From Octopus sinensis (lineage: Eukaryota): DNA of 64,000 nt. Made by a program: the position numbers and the translations under genes. Of the stretch, positions 62,111 through 64,000 are shown in pieces. Below the pieces are notes generated by a model that ran no database searches, was not told the DNA's origin, and worked only from the letters and a program-made list of their open reading frames with translations. Positions within the stretch are counted from its first letter, which is position 1, and every line of letters begins with the position of its first letter. The stretch spans positions 52,650,464 to 52,714,463 of the forward strand of contig NC_043011.1 of the NCBI RefSeq assembly GCF_006345805.1, in the 5' to 3' direction.

Positions 62111-62819
62111 GATATCATTACATCCTCTTGTGCATCTTTTATTTATGATGACAGATATTATCTGATAGAAATTTGCCTGCTGGCCCTGTCAAGTTCAGTG
62201 ACCTGTAGAGGCTTCCTCGTGGCTCAAATCAAACGTATTTATAGATGAAACTGTTTTATGGTTATAAAAGCCTACACCCCGAGTTGAGTTGGATCCCAGA
62301 TAGATGGTGTTACTTAAATGCTCTAGTTATTTTTACTTGTGTAATGAATATCATAGAAGTAAGTAGTTAAATGTTCAGTGATGTTATGTATTTTGTCATG
62401 TCGTATTTGGTTGTGTGGTATTTACCGTATAAGGGGTGTTGTATGCTTGTCTGGTGATGTTGTTAACATGTCTTGTGTAGTAATTAAGGTATAGGTTTTG
62501 CTGTCTAGTCTCTAATAATTAGAAGCTGTTGTTGGCAAAATAAACTTGGCTAGTGTAGAACATCTTTAATTTGGTAGTATTTATTAGATTGTGGTTAATT
62601 AATCCTAAACGTCTCTAGAATCACATCTTTCCATCCGTAGACAATGATAATAACCTCCCAGTTGTAGATTCTTCTCAGACCACACTTCATTCATATTGTA
62701 TTGTTAACGTTGTGTTTCACTGCTGTGCCCAATTTTATCTGATTTACAACATTAACCAAAATATACTTGAAGCATCAAGAGTATCACACAAAGTCAGAAG
62801 TGAAGTACTATAATGATTC

Positions 62820-63615
62820 CATCCTATCTATCTATCTAACCGCTCAGTCGAAGTTGACTCTCGGTTACTCGTTGGATCAGTATCCTCCAGTCAGTTCTAT
62901 CCTGGGCCACTTCTTTCAGATTGGCTATGTCCATTCCGGTATCACCCTTGATGGTGTCAAGCAGGCGGGTTCTTGGTTGGCCTCTTCCTCTCTTGCCACT
63001 GACCATTCCGAGCATGATGTCCTTCGTGTCCTCCAGTCAGTTCTATCCTGGGCCACTTCTTTCAGATTGGCTATGTCCATTCTGGTATCACTCTTGATGG
63101 TGTCAAGCCAGCGGGTTCTTGGTCGGCTTCTTCCTCTCTTGCCACTGACCATTCCGAGCATGATGTCCTTCGTGTCCTCCAGTCAGTTCTATCCTGGGCC
63201 GCTTCTTTCAGATTGGCTATGTCCATTCTGGTATCACTCTTGATGGTGTCAAGCCAGCGGGTTCTCGGTCGGCCTCTTCCTCTCTTGCCACTGACCATTC
63301 CGAGCATGATGTCCTTCGTGTCCTCCAGTCAGTTCTATCCTGGGCCACTTCTTTCAGATTGGCTATGTCCATTCTGGTATCACTCTTGATGGTGTCAAGC
63401 CAGCGGGTTCTCGGTCGGCTTCTTCCTCTCTTGCCACTGACCATTCCGAGCATGATGTCCTTCGTGTCCTCCAGTCAGTTCTATCCTGGACCGCTTCTTT
63501 CAGATTGGCTATGTCCATTCTGGTATCACTCTTGATGGTGTCAAGCCAGCGGGTTCTCGGTCGGCCTCTTCCTCTCTTGCCACTGACCATTCCGAGCATG
63601 ATGTCCTTCTCCTTT
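62820..63615 (-). mobile_element. BovB-like RTE 3' end with a 146-bp segment tandemly repeated about 5 times
   Basis: KDIMLGMVSGKRGRGRPRTRWLDTI...QDRTDWR then ILIQRVTESQLRLSG* and a (GATA)n tail. Units start at 62885, 63031, 63177, 63323 and 63469. Confidence 0.85.
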
Positions 63616-64000
63616 ACAGGACAGAAATCGATGATAGAGGAAGAGATTAGAGTTTTTTCCTTTACATTATAGACTTCCTCACTTTCTTCTAAATGAATGT
63701 CAACAAGATTAGTGCAATTTATGTAATGTTGCATGCTTCAGGACTGGATGACCAATGCAGTCTTATGTGGTACAGTCATCATTTAACATTCGTTTTCCAT
63801 GCTGGCATGGGTTGGTTTGATGGGCTGGCTAGGTAGAAGACTGCACCAGGTTTGACTCTTTTGGCAGGGTTTTTCCAGCTGGATGTCCTTCCTAACACCA
63901 GCCACCTTACAGGGTGGACTAAGTCATACAGGAAATTAAGAGACAATATGTATAATTCGAACAGAAGCTGTAAAACTACTGACCTATTAGGTTTACAGTA

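Noticed and set aside
62195-62270. Degenerate Penelope-type hammerhead (cctgtagagg...gaaactg)
   Set aside because: Core CUGANGA is broken and stem I cannot pair. At most a dead PLE terminal repeat, too decayed to call.

Overview
AT-rich, repeat-dense eukaryotic DNA whose SINE/LINE families point to an octopus genome (inference from repeat types). The main gene is ABCB7 (mitochondrial ABC half-transporter) on the minus strand. I traced 14 GT-AG coding exons from an ATG at 38741 to 7147: 1926 nt, 642 codons, all intron phases compatible. The last exons (IAHRLST H-loop and C-terminus) were not found and probably lie left of the window. About 12.2 kb upstream and divergent is the first coding exon of a UPRT homolog (50971-51092), the same head-to-head pair as human Xq13.3. 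A plus-strand terminal-exon-like ORF (361-721) appears to sit antisense inside ABCB7. The rest is mobile DNA: tRNA-derived SINEs, RTE LINEs (one with a PHD finger inside its RT), R4/Dong and Penelope remnants, mariner/maT elements, piggyBac-type MITEs and a Helitron. There are also minisatellites, a 5'-truncated U2 snRNA copy flanked by hairpins, and a reconstructable 1.3-kb intronic inversion with templated junctions. Repeat boundaries are approximate unless TIRs or TSDs are quoted. No alignments or searches were run; family names come from recognised motifs.
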